DNA from: an uncultured archaeon | GTDB lineage: Archaea > Asgardarchaeota > Lokiarchaeia > Sigyniarchaeales > SOKP01 | DNA: 39,678 nucleotides | Direction of reading: 5' to 3' | NCBI GenBank assembly: GCA_964583985.1 | Contig: CAZOYD010000030.1 | Span: forward strand, 1-39,678 | In this document: in pieces, positions 1-9,019 of the stretch | Numbering within the stretch: position 1 is the first letter of the stretch | Layout of the letters: each line of letters begins with the position of its first letter | Notes under the pieces: model-generated | Database searches by the model: none | The model's input: only the letters and a program-made list of their open reading frames with translations | Told to the model about the DNA's origin: nothing | Program-made: the position numbers and the translations under genes

Positions 1-235
1 TTTCATTATTTTTCCTGTTCTTAGGAACGCGCTACTCTTCAAAGAAATTTCTAAAAAAATAGCCTATTATTTTTCCTCTCTTTTTCTCAATCTAGGAAAC
101 ATTTGAATTCCACATCAAAAAGATTATCCACGAGTCAAGAAATCCACCATGCTCACATCTCTAAAAAAATTCCCATCTTATTACAATTTATGATCATACC
201 TAAATAGGAAAATTATATTAATAGTATAACAAAAA

Positions 236-261
236 ATAAATGTCATCTATCACATGATGAC
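236..261. promoter_or_regulatory. Putative regulator-binding site, copy 1
   Basis: ATAAATGTCATCTA at 236-249 recurs exactly at 817-830; inverted repeat GTCATC (242-247) N8 GATGAC (256-261). Confidence 0.35.
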
Positions 262-381
262 TGTTATAATTTAAAGAATGGATTAGAGTCGTTAATGTCC
301 ATTTCCTAGGAAGAGATTTTTAACGTTTCAGATACGTTTCGTTGAGTATAAGGGTAATATTAGTATTCGAGGTATAGCAGC

Positions 382-747
382 ATGACTTCCGTGTTAATTG
401 TTGAAGATGACATATCCTTACAACATCTTTATGAAATGATGTTAAAAGTATTTGGATTTGAGATTTTGGGCAAGGCTAACAATGGAAAGGAAGCGATCGA
501 TTTTTTTATATCTTTAAAACAAAAACCCGATGTTATATTAATGGATCATAGAATGCCCATAAAAAATGGAATTGACACAACAAAAGAAATTCTTGAAAAA
601 AGTTCACAAACTAAAATTATCTTCATCAGTGCTGATAAATCCGTTAAAAATGAAGCTTTATCGATAGGAGCGGTTCAATTCATTGAAAAACCATTCAGTA
701 TTAATAAATTGCATGAGGAAATTCATAAAATAGTACAAAATTCTTAA
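382..747 (+). CDS. Stand-alone response regulator receiver (CheY-like) protein
   Basis: VLIVEDD acidic pocket, phosphoacceptor in DVILMDHRMP, IIFISA and KPF motifs; 121 aa, no output domain. Confidence 0.93.
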   Translation: MTSVLIVEDDISLQHLYEMMLKVFGFEILGKANNGKEAIDFFISLKQKPDVILMDHRMPIKNGIDTTKEILEKSSQTKIIFISADKSVKNEALSIGAVQFIEKPFSINKLHEEIHKIVQNS

Positions 748-816
748 AAAGATCGAATACTTCGATTCTCAAGCTCAATTTAATCACTTAGCAGTATTTC
801 TCATAAATGATCTTAT

Positions 817-850
817 ATAAATGTCATCTACATTAGAATTATAAATGACA
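817..850. promoter_or_regulatory. Putative regulator-binding site, copy 2, upstream of the oxidoreductase operon
   Basis: ATAAATGTCATCTA at 817-830; inverted repeat TGTCAT (822-827) ... ATGACA (845-850). Confidence 0.35.
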
Positions 851-970
851 ATAATAATACTACTATTTTTTGACAAAGAAAATTTAAAATTTAGTCATTA
901 ATTTAGCAATTCAATACATTAACATGTAAAAAATTCAAAACTATTAAGATTAGCTAAAAGGTTAGATAAA

Positions 971-2455
971 ATGAGCTATAAATTACCTACAGAAAAAGAT
1001 CTTGAAGCAATGATCGGTATTGTCGGAAAAGAATATGCTTCTAACAATAAAGCCATTATGGCTTCATACTTGACAAAAGCCGTCATGGGCTTAGAGTCTC
1101 AAATTCCGGATATCGTCGTGCGACCAAAATATGTTGAAGAAATCCGAAAGATTCTGATATACTGCTCTCAAGAAAAAATAGCTGTCAGTCCTTTATCTGG
1201 AGGATTATCTGGCGGATTTGCGTGTCCCACGGTTAAACCTGGGGGCGTCCTTCTTGACTTAGGGCGCATGGATAGAATCATTGAAATCGATGAAAAAAAC
1301 CGATACGCTATAATTGAACCTGGTGTAACCAATGGATCACTTTGGGCTTATATGGAGAAATATCATCCTGACTGGGCACCTCCTATCGCTGATGGGGCAC
1401 CTCCTGCAGCAACCGTAATGGGAGATGCCATCGATCGTGGATTCTCACTTTATACATCCAGTGTCGGTCCTCAAGGTGATAATTTCATGGCTGGTGAAAT
1501 CGTGTTCCCTAATGGAGACGTAGTCCGAACTGGATCTTGGGCGCTCCCATTTGCGAAACCTTTCTACAAATATGGTTTGGGACCAGATATGTGGAGTTAT
1601 TTGATGGGATCTCAAGGTACAATGGGCGTGGTCACTAAAGCAGCTGTTAAGATTTATCCACATCCTAAATTCAAAACAGTAATCGCTTGGGGCATGAGCA
1701 ACCCTCAAGATATGCAAGATTTGACGCTTGAAGTCGGCATGCAAGAATTTGGTATAGCACATAATACAGTAATGGTTCAGGGAGGGAATTATCCTCTTAT
1801 TATGACCAGATGGCCTAAAGATAAAATACCACAGGATTATTCATTCTTTAAAGAACAGGGTATTCCAGAATGGTGGATGAATTGGGAATGTTGGGCCCAG
1901 AGTCAGGAAGAATTGGACTTTGTCACTAACAAGATTAATAAAATGGCAGAAGATTTTAAAGCAAATAGAGCGAAAGATGGCGATGCCATGAAACCGTGGG
2001 TACTCCATCCAAAACAGATAGCGAGCAGGCTTAAGAAACCAAATAAAATTGCGGTTCCTTATTCAATGTGGGAAGCAGGATTCTTATTTATCACGTGGTA
2101 TACTCCATGGAACGAATGTGCTCACTTCGCGGAGATGTATAATACTGCGATGGAAAAGCATGGATTCCCACCAGTCATGTGGATTGCTAGCATAGAGAGA
2201 TGTCGTCAGGCAATATGCATGCCCATTGTGTGCTTCGATAGTACTAAACCGGAAGATTTTGAGCGCGTTCAAGCATTAAATCTCGAAACTACTGAATATG
2301 GACTAAAGCAAGGTTGGTTAAATTACAGACCAGACCCTTATATCCACGTACAAGCTTATTATCAAGCTGGAATGTATTGGAAATATTTACGGGCATTTAA
2401 AAAACTCGTAGATCCAAATGGAATTTGTCACCCTGGAAGACTCGGTCTTCCATAA
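971..2455 (+). CDS. FAD-binding oxidoreductase, VAO/PCMH (GlcD/D-lactate dehydrogenase-like) family
   Basis: PDIVVRP, SGGLSGG, LDLGRMDRIIEID, IEPGVT, GSQGTMGVVT and C-terminal KKLVDPNGICHPG motifs. Confidence 0.9.
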   Translation: MSYKLPTEKDLEAMIGIVGKEYASNNKAIMASYLTKAVMGLESQIPDIVVRPKYVEEIRKILIYCSQEKIAVSPLSGGLSGGFACPTVKPGGVLLDLGRMDRIIEIDEKNRYAIIEPGVTNGSLWAYMEKYHPDWAPPIADGAPPAATVMGDAIDRGFSLYTSSVGPQGDNFMAGEIVFPNGDVVRTGSWALPFAKPFYKYGLGPDMWSYLMGSQGTMGVVTKAAVKIYPHPKFKTVIAWGMSNPQDMQDLTLEVGMQEFGIAHNTVMVQGGNYPLIMTRWPKDKIPQDYSFFKEQGIPEWWMNWECWAQSQEELDFVTNKINKMAEDFKANRAKDGDAMKPWVLHPKQIASRLKKPNKIAVPYSMWEAGFLFITWYTPWNECAHFAEMYNTAMEKHGFPPVMWIASIERCRQAICMPIVCFDSTKPEDFERVQALNLETTEYGLKQGWLNYRPDPYIHVQAYYQAGMYWKYLRAFKKLVDPNGICHPGRLGLP

Positions 2456-2473
2456 CCAAAGGAGGTAAAAAAA

Positions 2474-3976
2474 ATGGCAAAAACAGGAATGGAAAGATTA
2501 GAAGAATTAAAGCCAGAAATATATAAGTGCATTCATTGCAAAGCATGTCGATTCGCTTATTCAGGAGAGCCAAGTAGAAAGGGTATTGGTGAACATACTG
2601 GAAAGACCGGAAAATCAATCCTTTATGAAGGAATGGTGGATTCATGCCCTGCAGGAATAGAATATGGTTGGGAAGCTTTCTGGAATGCAGGAAAAGTATG
2701 GATTGCACGTTCAATCCTCTCTGGAGATTTAGAGTTTACCGAGGAAGTTAGAGACGTTATCATGCCTTGCATTACTTGCGGACAATGTTCTGCCCAATGT
2801 GAAAATAAGATTCCCACCGTTGACATCATAGAAGCTTTGAGGGCTGCTTTGGTAGAGGCAGGAGTTCCAATGATAGATAAACATCAATTAGTAGATAGGT
2901 TAGTAAAGGAACTCAATAACCCATACGGCGGGAAAGCAGATGAACGATTCAAATGGGCTAAAGATGCGGGCTTAGGGAAGTACGTGAATAATAAGGAGGC
3001 AAAGATCGGATATTATGTTGGATGTACTGCCAGTTATCGACAAGTTGAAGTAGCGATAGCAACAGCTAAACTTTTTGATCAATTAGGAATGAATTTTACG
3101 TTAATTGAAGAAGAAGTTTGTTGTGGTAGTCCATTTTTCAGAGTCGGCGCAGTTGATACAGCACAAGAGCTAATGAACAAAAATCTTGAAAATTTCAAGC
3201 ATTTAGAAAAAGTGTATTTCTCCTGTGCAGGATGTTACAGGACTTTTACCATAGATTATCCAAAATGGATGCCTGCGGGTGAAAAACTCCCATTTAAAAC
3301 GCAGCATGCTTTTGAGTTAATCTCAAGCTTGATTTCAATTCCAAAGAAGAAAAGAGAAATACCTGCTGAAATTGACGCCCTCAAGAAAAAGCTGAAAGAT
3401 AAACCTGATAAACGAATAGAAGGTCAGATCAAGCGCTTAGAAGCAGAATACTCAAAAATTAAGGAGTTTAAAGGCGAGATCAAATTTAAACCTAACAAGG
3501 AACTCAAGGGAAAAGTCGTTACGTACCATGACCCCTGCCATACCGGCCGTCACTTTGCGATCGATATGGAACAAGAAATGATCAAGGAATCCAAGAATCT
3601 CATGTTTGATATGCGCTTGATCAACCAGAAGATTGAAGAATGGTTTGAAATCCCACGTGTAATTCTCAAAAAGCTTGAGGAAGACGTTGGCATTAAATTC
3701 GTTGAAATGTACCGGATCAAATTAAATAGCATGTGCTGTGGAGCAGGTGGTGGTGTGAGAGCGGGTTATCCAGAATTTTCACTTAGAACTGCCAGCTTGC
3801 GATGTGATGAAGCAAACGCCGTAAATGCCGATATTTTGACAACCGAATGCCCATTTTGCTGGCGTAATTTAACAGATGCAAATGAGCAATACCATCATGG
3901 AATGATTGTCATGGGTGTTCTCGAAATGATTTCGAAGTACAATCTCTTGGATATTATTGAAAAACCAGAATTTTAA
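2474..3976 (+). CDS. Fe-S oxidoreductase, HdrD/GlpC-like (ferredoxin-type motifs plus two CCG domains)
   Basis: CIHCKAC...CP and CITCGQCSAQC; YYVGC..., CCGSP, SCAGC, YHDPCH, CCGAGGG, TECPFC. GGAGGT RBS at 2461-2466, 18 bp after the previous stop. Confidence 0.92.
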   Translation: MAKTGMERLEELKPEIYKCIHCKACRFAYSGEPSRKGIGEHTGKTGKSILYEGMVDSCPAGIEYGWEAFWNAGKVWIARSILSGDLEFTEEVRDVIMPCITCGQCSAQCENKIPTVDIIEALRAALVEAGVPMIDKHQLVDRLVKELNNPYGGKADERFKWAKDAGLGKYVNNKEAKIGYYVGCTASYRQVEVAIATAKLFDQLGMNFTLIEEEVCCGSPFFRVGAVDTAQELMNKNLENFKHLEKVYFSCAGCYRTFTIDYPKWMPAGEKLPFKTQHAFELISSLISIPKKKREIPAEIDALKKKLKDKPDKRIEGQIKRLEAEYSKIKEFKGEIKFKPNKELKGKVVTYHDPCHTGRHFAIDMEQEMIKESKNLMFDMRLINQKIEEWFEIPRVILKKLEEDVGIKFVEMYRIKLNSMCCGAGGGVRAGYPEFSLRTASLRCDEANAVNADILTTECPFCWRNLTDANEQYHHGMIVMGVLEMISKYNLLDIIEKPEF

Positions 3977-4005
3977 TTAATTCTTATTTTTTTATTTCTA
4001 TTTTT
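3977..4005 (+). terminator. T-rich tract, probable archaeal intrinsic terminator
   Basis: TTCTTATTTTTTTATTTCTATTTTT directly after the operon stop codon. Confidence 0.45.
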
Positions 4006-4020
4006 AATGATTTTCAAATC

Positions 4021-4459
4021 ACGCAAAATGATCAGTTAATCATATTCATGAAAGATCACGGAGTTCGAATTTTATGATTTAGTCAAGAATGTTAACTATC
4101 GCCGCATGATAATCAATCTAGATTGTTGCTTTAATGGAAATTTTTTGAACCAAAACGCGAATATCGGAGCAAGCTGGTATGATATCCCTGATTGCCTTTT
4201 TGTAACAGCCTCCTCTAACGTTTTTTCTTGGTATTGGATAAATAACAAGAATGGTGATGGATTTGCGGGTTCTTGGTTTTTTCACCAATTTTGGGAACAG
4301 CTTGATCAAAATCAAACGATCAATAATACTTTCACCTTTGCGATAAATTTCATTCCATTCAATCGTGGTGTTCCATTATTGATTTCTCAAATGCCATTGA
4401 TGTTCGATAACATGGGCATAAATATTACTTGGAGTTTCAATAGCGATCCTCCACTCTAA
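4021..4459 (+). pseudogene. Truncated, frameshifted clan CD (caspase/legumain C13-like) cysteine peptidase remnant
   Basis: Frame from 4021 reads TQNDQLIIFMKDHG (His-Gly motif) then stops at 4075. A second frame, open from 4052, reads EFYDLVKNVNYRRMIINLDCCFNGNF (D-x-C motif) into ORF 4106-4459. Confidence 0.6.
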
Positions 4460-4597
4460 CCCATTTTTTTTATCTATCTATTTTTAGCATTACAGAATTA
4501 ATTTACAAATACTTTCTTATTACCTAATGATAAAAAATATATGCTTAAATTTTCATTAATATTAAAAACATCTCATGGGTTTCGTTTTTTGACAACT

Positions 4598-7500
4598 ATG
4601 GAAGATAAAGCAGCGTATCCATACATAACGGAGTTTAAAAAAGAACCATATAAATCATATGTTCTAATTCAAAATCGGAAGATCAGAAGTTTTTATCTTA
4701 AGGAATACGATAAAATTAAAGAATTATATCGTAATTTTCAGAAACTTCTGATTCAAGAGCAAGATCTAAATTTAGAGTATTTATATTGGTTTTTATTAGG
4801 AAGGAAATTTTTAAAAGAACCGCAAGATGATCAAAAAGAAGAATTTTATAATTTTATCAAAAAATGTGAATTTGAGATCCTGGAAAAAGATCAAATTGGA
4901 TTTAAGGCGAAACCGAGTTCAGAAATGTTGCCCGATGTGTGGTCAACATACTATGCGATATCTTGTTTAAATCTCCTAGGATTATTAAAAGAGAAATTAA
5001 TTTCCGAGACAGGAGAATCGGATTTCTTGAGAAAAATCAAGAACTTCGTGTTTGACCATAAGAAACAAGATAAATTCTATCATTGTCTTGAAAAAGAGTG
5101 CAGCATCAGGAAAATGCCACTTTCGGCAAAGACATTGTATTTTGTTCTCGAAATGTTCATAATGCTCGGAATCGATGTGAGGGTGTATAAAGAGCAATTC
5201 CGAAATTATTTATCTGATAGGCATAAAAATTCCTCAATTGTTTTTAAATTACTTGATATGAAATATTTAGACCTTGAATCTGATATAAAAGATAAGGAGA
5301 TTCAATTTCTTCTTCAAAATCAAAAGAATAATGGTGGCTTTGGTTTTAATGATGTTGATAATGATCTTGATGATACTTTTTGGATTGTCAACGTGTTAGA
5401 AAGCTATTCATGGTTAATGGATTATAATCCTGTTGGTATTTATTCATTCATTAACCAAAAATTGAATCAAATTTTAGATCCGAATAATCTCATCATCAAT
5501 ATAGAGCAATTATCTAATTTATCAAGATTAATAATTTTACTAGGCTTGATCTGGAAGAAATTTATCGAATATATTGAACGCGTTTTATTTAGGGAACTCG
5601 AAAGGAACAAGTATATTGATATACATCAGATTGAGAAAAGTTTCGCTCTTTTTCATGGGATTGATGAAATTGTTTTATACATTAATCTTAGCTATTCGTT
5701 TAATCTGAAAATTATTGACAATAAGAAAGAATTTAAATCCTTCATATCAGAGATTGATGAAAAAAAAGCGTTCTTCTTGGAGGAATTTTATACTCAATTA
5801 GGAGAGAAAAGCATAATTTCATTAACAGAAATTCTCAAAAAACAAAAAAGTAAATTTCCTCATGCTTCTTTAAAATTAAGGGAAGAAATTTTCCCTCTAA
5901 TTAATAAAATGATGGAGAAAAAATTTTTTAAGGGAAATATCCGAACTAAAAGAGGATTCTCCCTTAAAACAAAATATTATTTCTTTTTAGAATTGTTCTT
6001 GGATAAAATTATCATTGCAAATACAGAAATTAATACTGAACGAATTTTTGAAGAAAAGGTTAGATTAGAGGAAATTAAGAACGACATTTTTAACATGACT
6101 CTAAATTTGAAAAATGCTACAATACAAATAAAAGATGAAATAGAATCTTATCTTCTAATCGATGAAATTAACTATGCAAAAGAGAGATTAAAGTTTTTAT
6201 TACGGAATGCTTTGATGGAAGCCGATTTTCTAAATGAAAATATTGAAAATTCATTTAATGAAGATTTAGTATATATTAATGTTCAAGCCGCATTAAAAAA
6301 TGAAATCTTAGTATGGAATAAACTCTATTCTGCCCTTCAAAAACGACTCATAGAAATCGAAAAATATCTTTTGGAAAAAATTCAAGTAAAAGTAGAATTA
6401 AGGAATTTTACCGTCCTATTAGAAAATTTGGAGGATAAAATTTTTGAACTACATGATTATATCAATAGGGATATAAATTCATTTCGAATGAGTATCCCAG
6501 AACTTTTCGAGGAGGGATATGATGATGAAAAATTCAATCTAATTACAACCCATTTGAGTAAACTATCTCAAAATGTCAATAAATACGACCAAATAATCTA
6601 TAAAATCTCTCAACAAATTTCTTCAAAAGATAAGAAAATTGTAAACAAACATAAAAAAGTAATAGATAATTGGATTAAAATTAAGACCGAATTCGATTCT
6701 CAATTTACATATTATACTACAGGTTTCCAGTTTTTTAATGAAAATCAATTTTTAATTAAAGAAGTTGTAAAGGAAATTCAATTTGGAATTCAACAAATTG
6801 AAGATGATGCGGCTAATTTAGTTAAAAACAATCAGTTTAAGGAAGCTTTTGATATAATTAAACAACAAGCGGATTTGCTTCTCGCACAAAAAAGAGTAGA
6901 GCTAAAAACGATTGGAATGAATCTTAAAAATGAAATCAAAAATAAGCAGAAACTTTTTGCTCTATACAAACACCTTCAAGAGAGTTTAGAGAGAGCGGAT
7001 GAAAATATTATAGAACTAATAGCAAAACAAGGACAAACCATTAAAAATAAAGTCATGGAAGAACGCAACCGTATCAAACTTGAGAACTTGGATAATTTTG
7101 TCATCACAGAAATGCAAGAGTATAAATCTAGATTAGAAACATATAAAATGACATTAGATCAGATGAAAAAAAAGAAAATCTCAGATGTGTTAGATGGATT
7201 TGATAATATATCTTCTGATTTTGATAATACAGATAAAAAGTTTAAAAAAAAACTTGGAACTCTTCTAAATCTTATCAATGATTTTGATGAGAACTCAATA
7301 ACAATTATTCAATGGAATCAATTCAAGGAATATTTAACTAATGAAATAACTAAATTAAAAGAAGAATATACAAATGAGATAATATCGGATGAGATAATTT
7401 TACTTACAAAAGAAGCCAGCTCTGATAAAATAGATATTAAGAGATTAGCAGATAATTTAAACCTTAAATGTAAGGCTCTTATACCTCGGATTAAAGATCT

Positions 7501-9007
7501 TATAGAAATTTCTAAAGTACAAGGGGAACTTTTTGAAGATAAAAAAGAATTATTAGTGCATACAAGGGATTATTATAAAAATAAAGAACTTACAAATTTT
7601 GTAGAGAATAAACTTTTAAAACAAGTTCAAGAGACTATCGGAAAATTCTTAGCATTATATGAGTCTTGCATGAAAAATAAAACGCTTGGTGTAAATATTT
7701 TTGAAATACAAAATAGAATTGATGACTTAAGGAATTTTGATGTGAAATTCAATAAGGAATATGAGATTAAAGTTAATGAATTGATGTTAGATAAAGAAAG
7801 AATGGAAAATATCAACACAAAAAAGCGATTAGCAGAGATTATTGAGGTATATAAACAAAGTATATCAAATATTGAAGAAAACTTAAAATCTTTCGTTGAT
7901 ATGAAAAAATTTATTGATCGCGAATATGAATCTCTCAAGTTTAATCTAGATAAAAATTTTTCTAATTTTTTTGAGGAATCGGAAAAAAAAGAATCTTATA
8001 TTAAAACAGTTGAATTCCTAAAGAATAAGACGTTGAAATTTGAAGAATATAATAAAAATGTACACGTAAAAATTGAACGAACCTTACAAAGCATTCTAAA
8101 CAAATCATCTGAAATACAGAAATTTGAAACTGAAATAAGGGAATATAATGTTAAGAAAAAAATCGAATTTAAATCATTGTATGATAAAAAGATTTTAAAA
8201 ATCCAAGAAGGAATTGAAATGATTAAATTTGAATCGTATCGTACTGAATTGTCAGGAGCGATGAATAAGACTAAAATTCATTTAAGCCAATTATTAGGAA
8301 TGTTATTAGCAAGAGTTGAGGATTATATTGAAACGGAACAATTCAAAAAGGCTTATAGCAAGATAAAATTGAGAGAGAAAGATATCGAATCTGAAATTAA
8401 AGAAAGTCATAAAAAGATCAAAAACATAGTAAGGGAATTTGACAGGTTATCAAATAATTTTGAAACGAAAAATAAGCATATAATAAGGGATTTTGAAATC
8501 TTCATTAATGAGTTCCAAGATATATTAATTGAAAAGGTAAAATCATCTGAGGAGCAAATTCTCAAAGCATATGTTCAAATGGCAATAAAAGCAATGGCTC
8601 ATCAAGTTTTAACATTGAATTTCCTTCAAAATGAGTTAAAGATAAAAAAACAAGTAATTCAGAAGCATCTAATATCATTAATTAGTGGGGATCAATTATC
8701 GGGTAAATATGATCCTCTTTTAGGTATTTATTATGAAGATCCCGAAACTCTAAAAGAATTGGATGAAAAAGAACTTGAAGTCATGACCAAGATGAATTTT
8801 CGCATCCATAGAATAATTAAGCGTTTAAAAGTGTTTGGTAGTCAATATGGGAGTGTTTTTGCAATTTTTTCCCCATTGCTTGCTGTGGTTTATTATATAT
8901 TTATGCTCTCAGGCCAAAATCCAATCACGATACTCATTTCTGGATTCTTTATAGGCATTTTACTCATCTATATCCTTTTTAAAAAGAGGAAGGAGGATAA
9001 ATTGTAG
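4598..9007 (+). CDS. Giant membrane-anchored protein: prenyltransferase/squalene-oxidase-like repeats, long coiled coils, PCI-like winged helices, two C-terminal TM helices
   Basis: DVWSTYYAISCLNLLG and LLQNQKNNGGFG...DLDDTFWIV repeats; E/K-rich helical stretches; LTLNFLQNELKI...LISLISGDQLSGKYD; hydrophobic C-terminal hairpin then KKRK. ORF is open from 4541; ATG 4598 chosen tentatively. Confidence 0.75.
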   Translation: MEDKAAYPYITEFKKEPYKSYVLIQNRKIRSFYLKEYDKIKELYRNFQKLLIQEQDLNLEYLYWFLLGRKFLKEPQDDQKEEFYNFIKKCEFEILEKDQIGFKAKPSSEMLPDVWSTYYAISCLNLLGLLKEKLISETGESDFLRKIKNFVFDHKKQDKFYHCLEKECSIRKMPLSAKTLYFVLEMFIMLGIDVRVYKEQFRNYLSDRHKNSSIVFKLLDMKYLDLESDIKDKEIQFLLQNQKNNGGFGFNDVDNDLDDTFWIVNVLESYSWLMDYNPVGIYSFINQKLNQILDPNNLIINIEQLSNLSRLIILLGLIWKKFIEYIERVLFRELERNKYIDIHQIEKSFALFHGIDEIVLYINLSYSFNLKIIDNKKEFKSFISEIDEKKAFFLEEFYTQLGEKSIISLTEILKKQKSKFPHASLKLREEIFPLINKMMEKKFFKGNIRTKRGFSLKTKYYFFLELFLDKIIIANTEINTERIFEEKVRLEEIKNDIFNMTLNLKNATIQIKDEIESYLLIDEINYAKERLKFLLRNALMEADFLNENIENSFNEDLVYINVQAALKNEILVWNKLYSALQKRLIEIEKYLLEKIQVKVELRNFTVLLENLEDKIFELHDYINRDINSFRMSIPELFEEGYDDEKFNLITTHLSKLSQNVNKYDQIIYKISQQISSKDKKIVNKHKKVIDNWIKIKTEFDSQFTYYTTGFQFFNENQFLIKEVVKEIQFGIQQIEDDAANLVKNNQFKEAFDIIKQQADLLLAQKRVELKTIGMNLKNEIKNKQKLFALYKHLQESLERADENIIELIAKQGQTIKNKVMEERNRIKLENLDNFVITEMQEYKSRLETYKMTLDQMKKKKISDVLDGFDNISSDFDNTDKKFKKKLGTLLNLINDFDENSITIIQWNQFKEYLTNEITKLKEEYTNEIISDEIILLTKEASSDKIDIKRLADNLNLKCKALIPRIKDLIEISKVQGELFEDKKELLVHTRDYYKNKELTNFVENKLLKQVQETIGKFLALYESCMKNKTLGVNIFEIQNRIDDLRNFDVKFNKEYEIKVNELMLDKERMENINTKKRLAEIIEVYKQSISNIEENLKSFVDMKKFIDREYESLKFNLDKNFSNFFEESEKKESYIKTVEFLKNKTLKFEEYNKNVHVKIERTLQSILNKSSEIQKFETEIREYNVKKKIEFKSLYDKKILKIQEGIEMIKFESYRTELSGAMNKTKIHLSQLLGMLLARVEDYIETEQFKKAYSKIKLREKDIESEIKESHKKIKNIVREFDRLSNNFETKNKHIIRDFEIFINEFQDILIEKVKSSEEQILKAYVQMAIKAMAHQVLTLNFLQNELKIKKQVIQKHLISLISGDQLSGKYDPLLGIYYEDPETLKELDEKELEVMTKMNFRIHRIIKRLKVFGSQYGSVFAIFSPLLAVVYYIFMLSGQNPITILISGFFIGILLIYILFKKRKEDKL

Positions 9008-9019
9008 TATTTTTTATTC

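Noticed and set aside
1-235. Possible gene start or ORF at the left edge
   Set aside because: The minus-strand frames I read are interrupted by stops within a few codons; nothing supportable.
1445-3732. Short antisense ORFs (1445-1762, 2084-2272, 2397-2714, 2623-2829, 3550-3732)
   Set aside because: Shadows of well-supported plus-strand genes, with no motifs.
4075-4077. TGA as a possible selenocysteine codon
   Set aside because: The peptidase-like sequence continues in a different frame, so readthrough would not restore it; no SECIS recognised.
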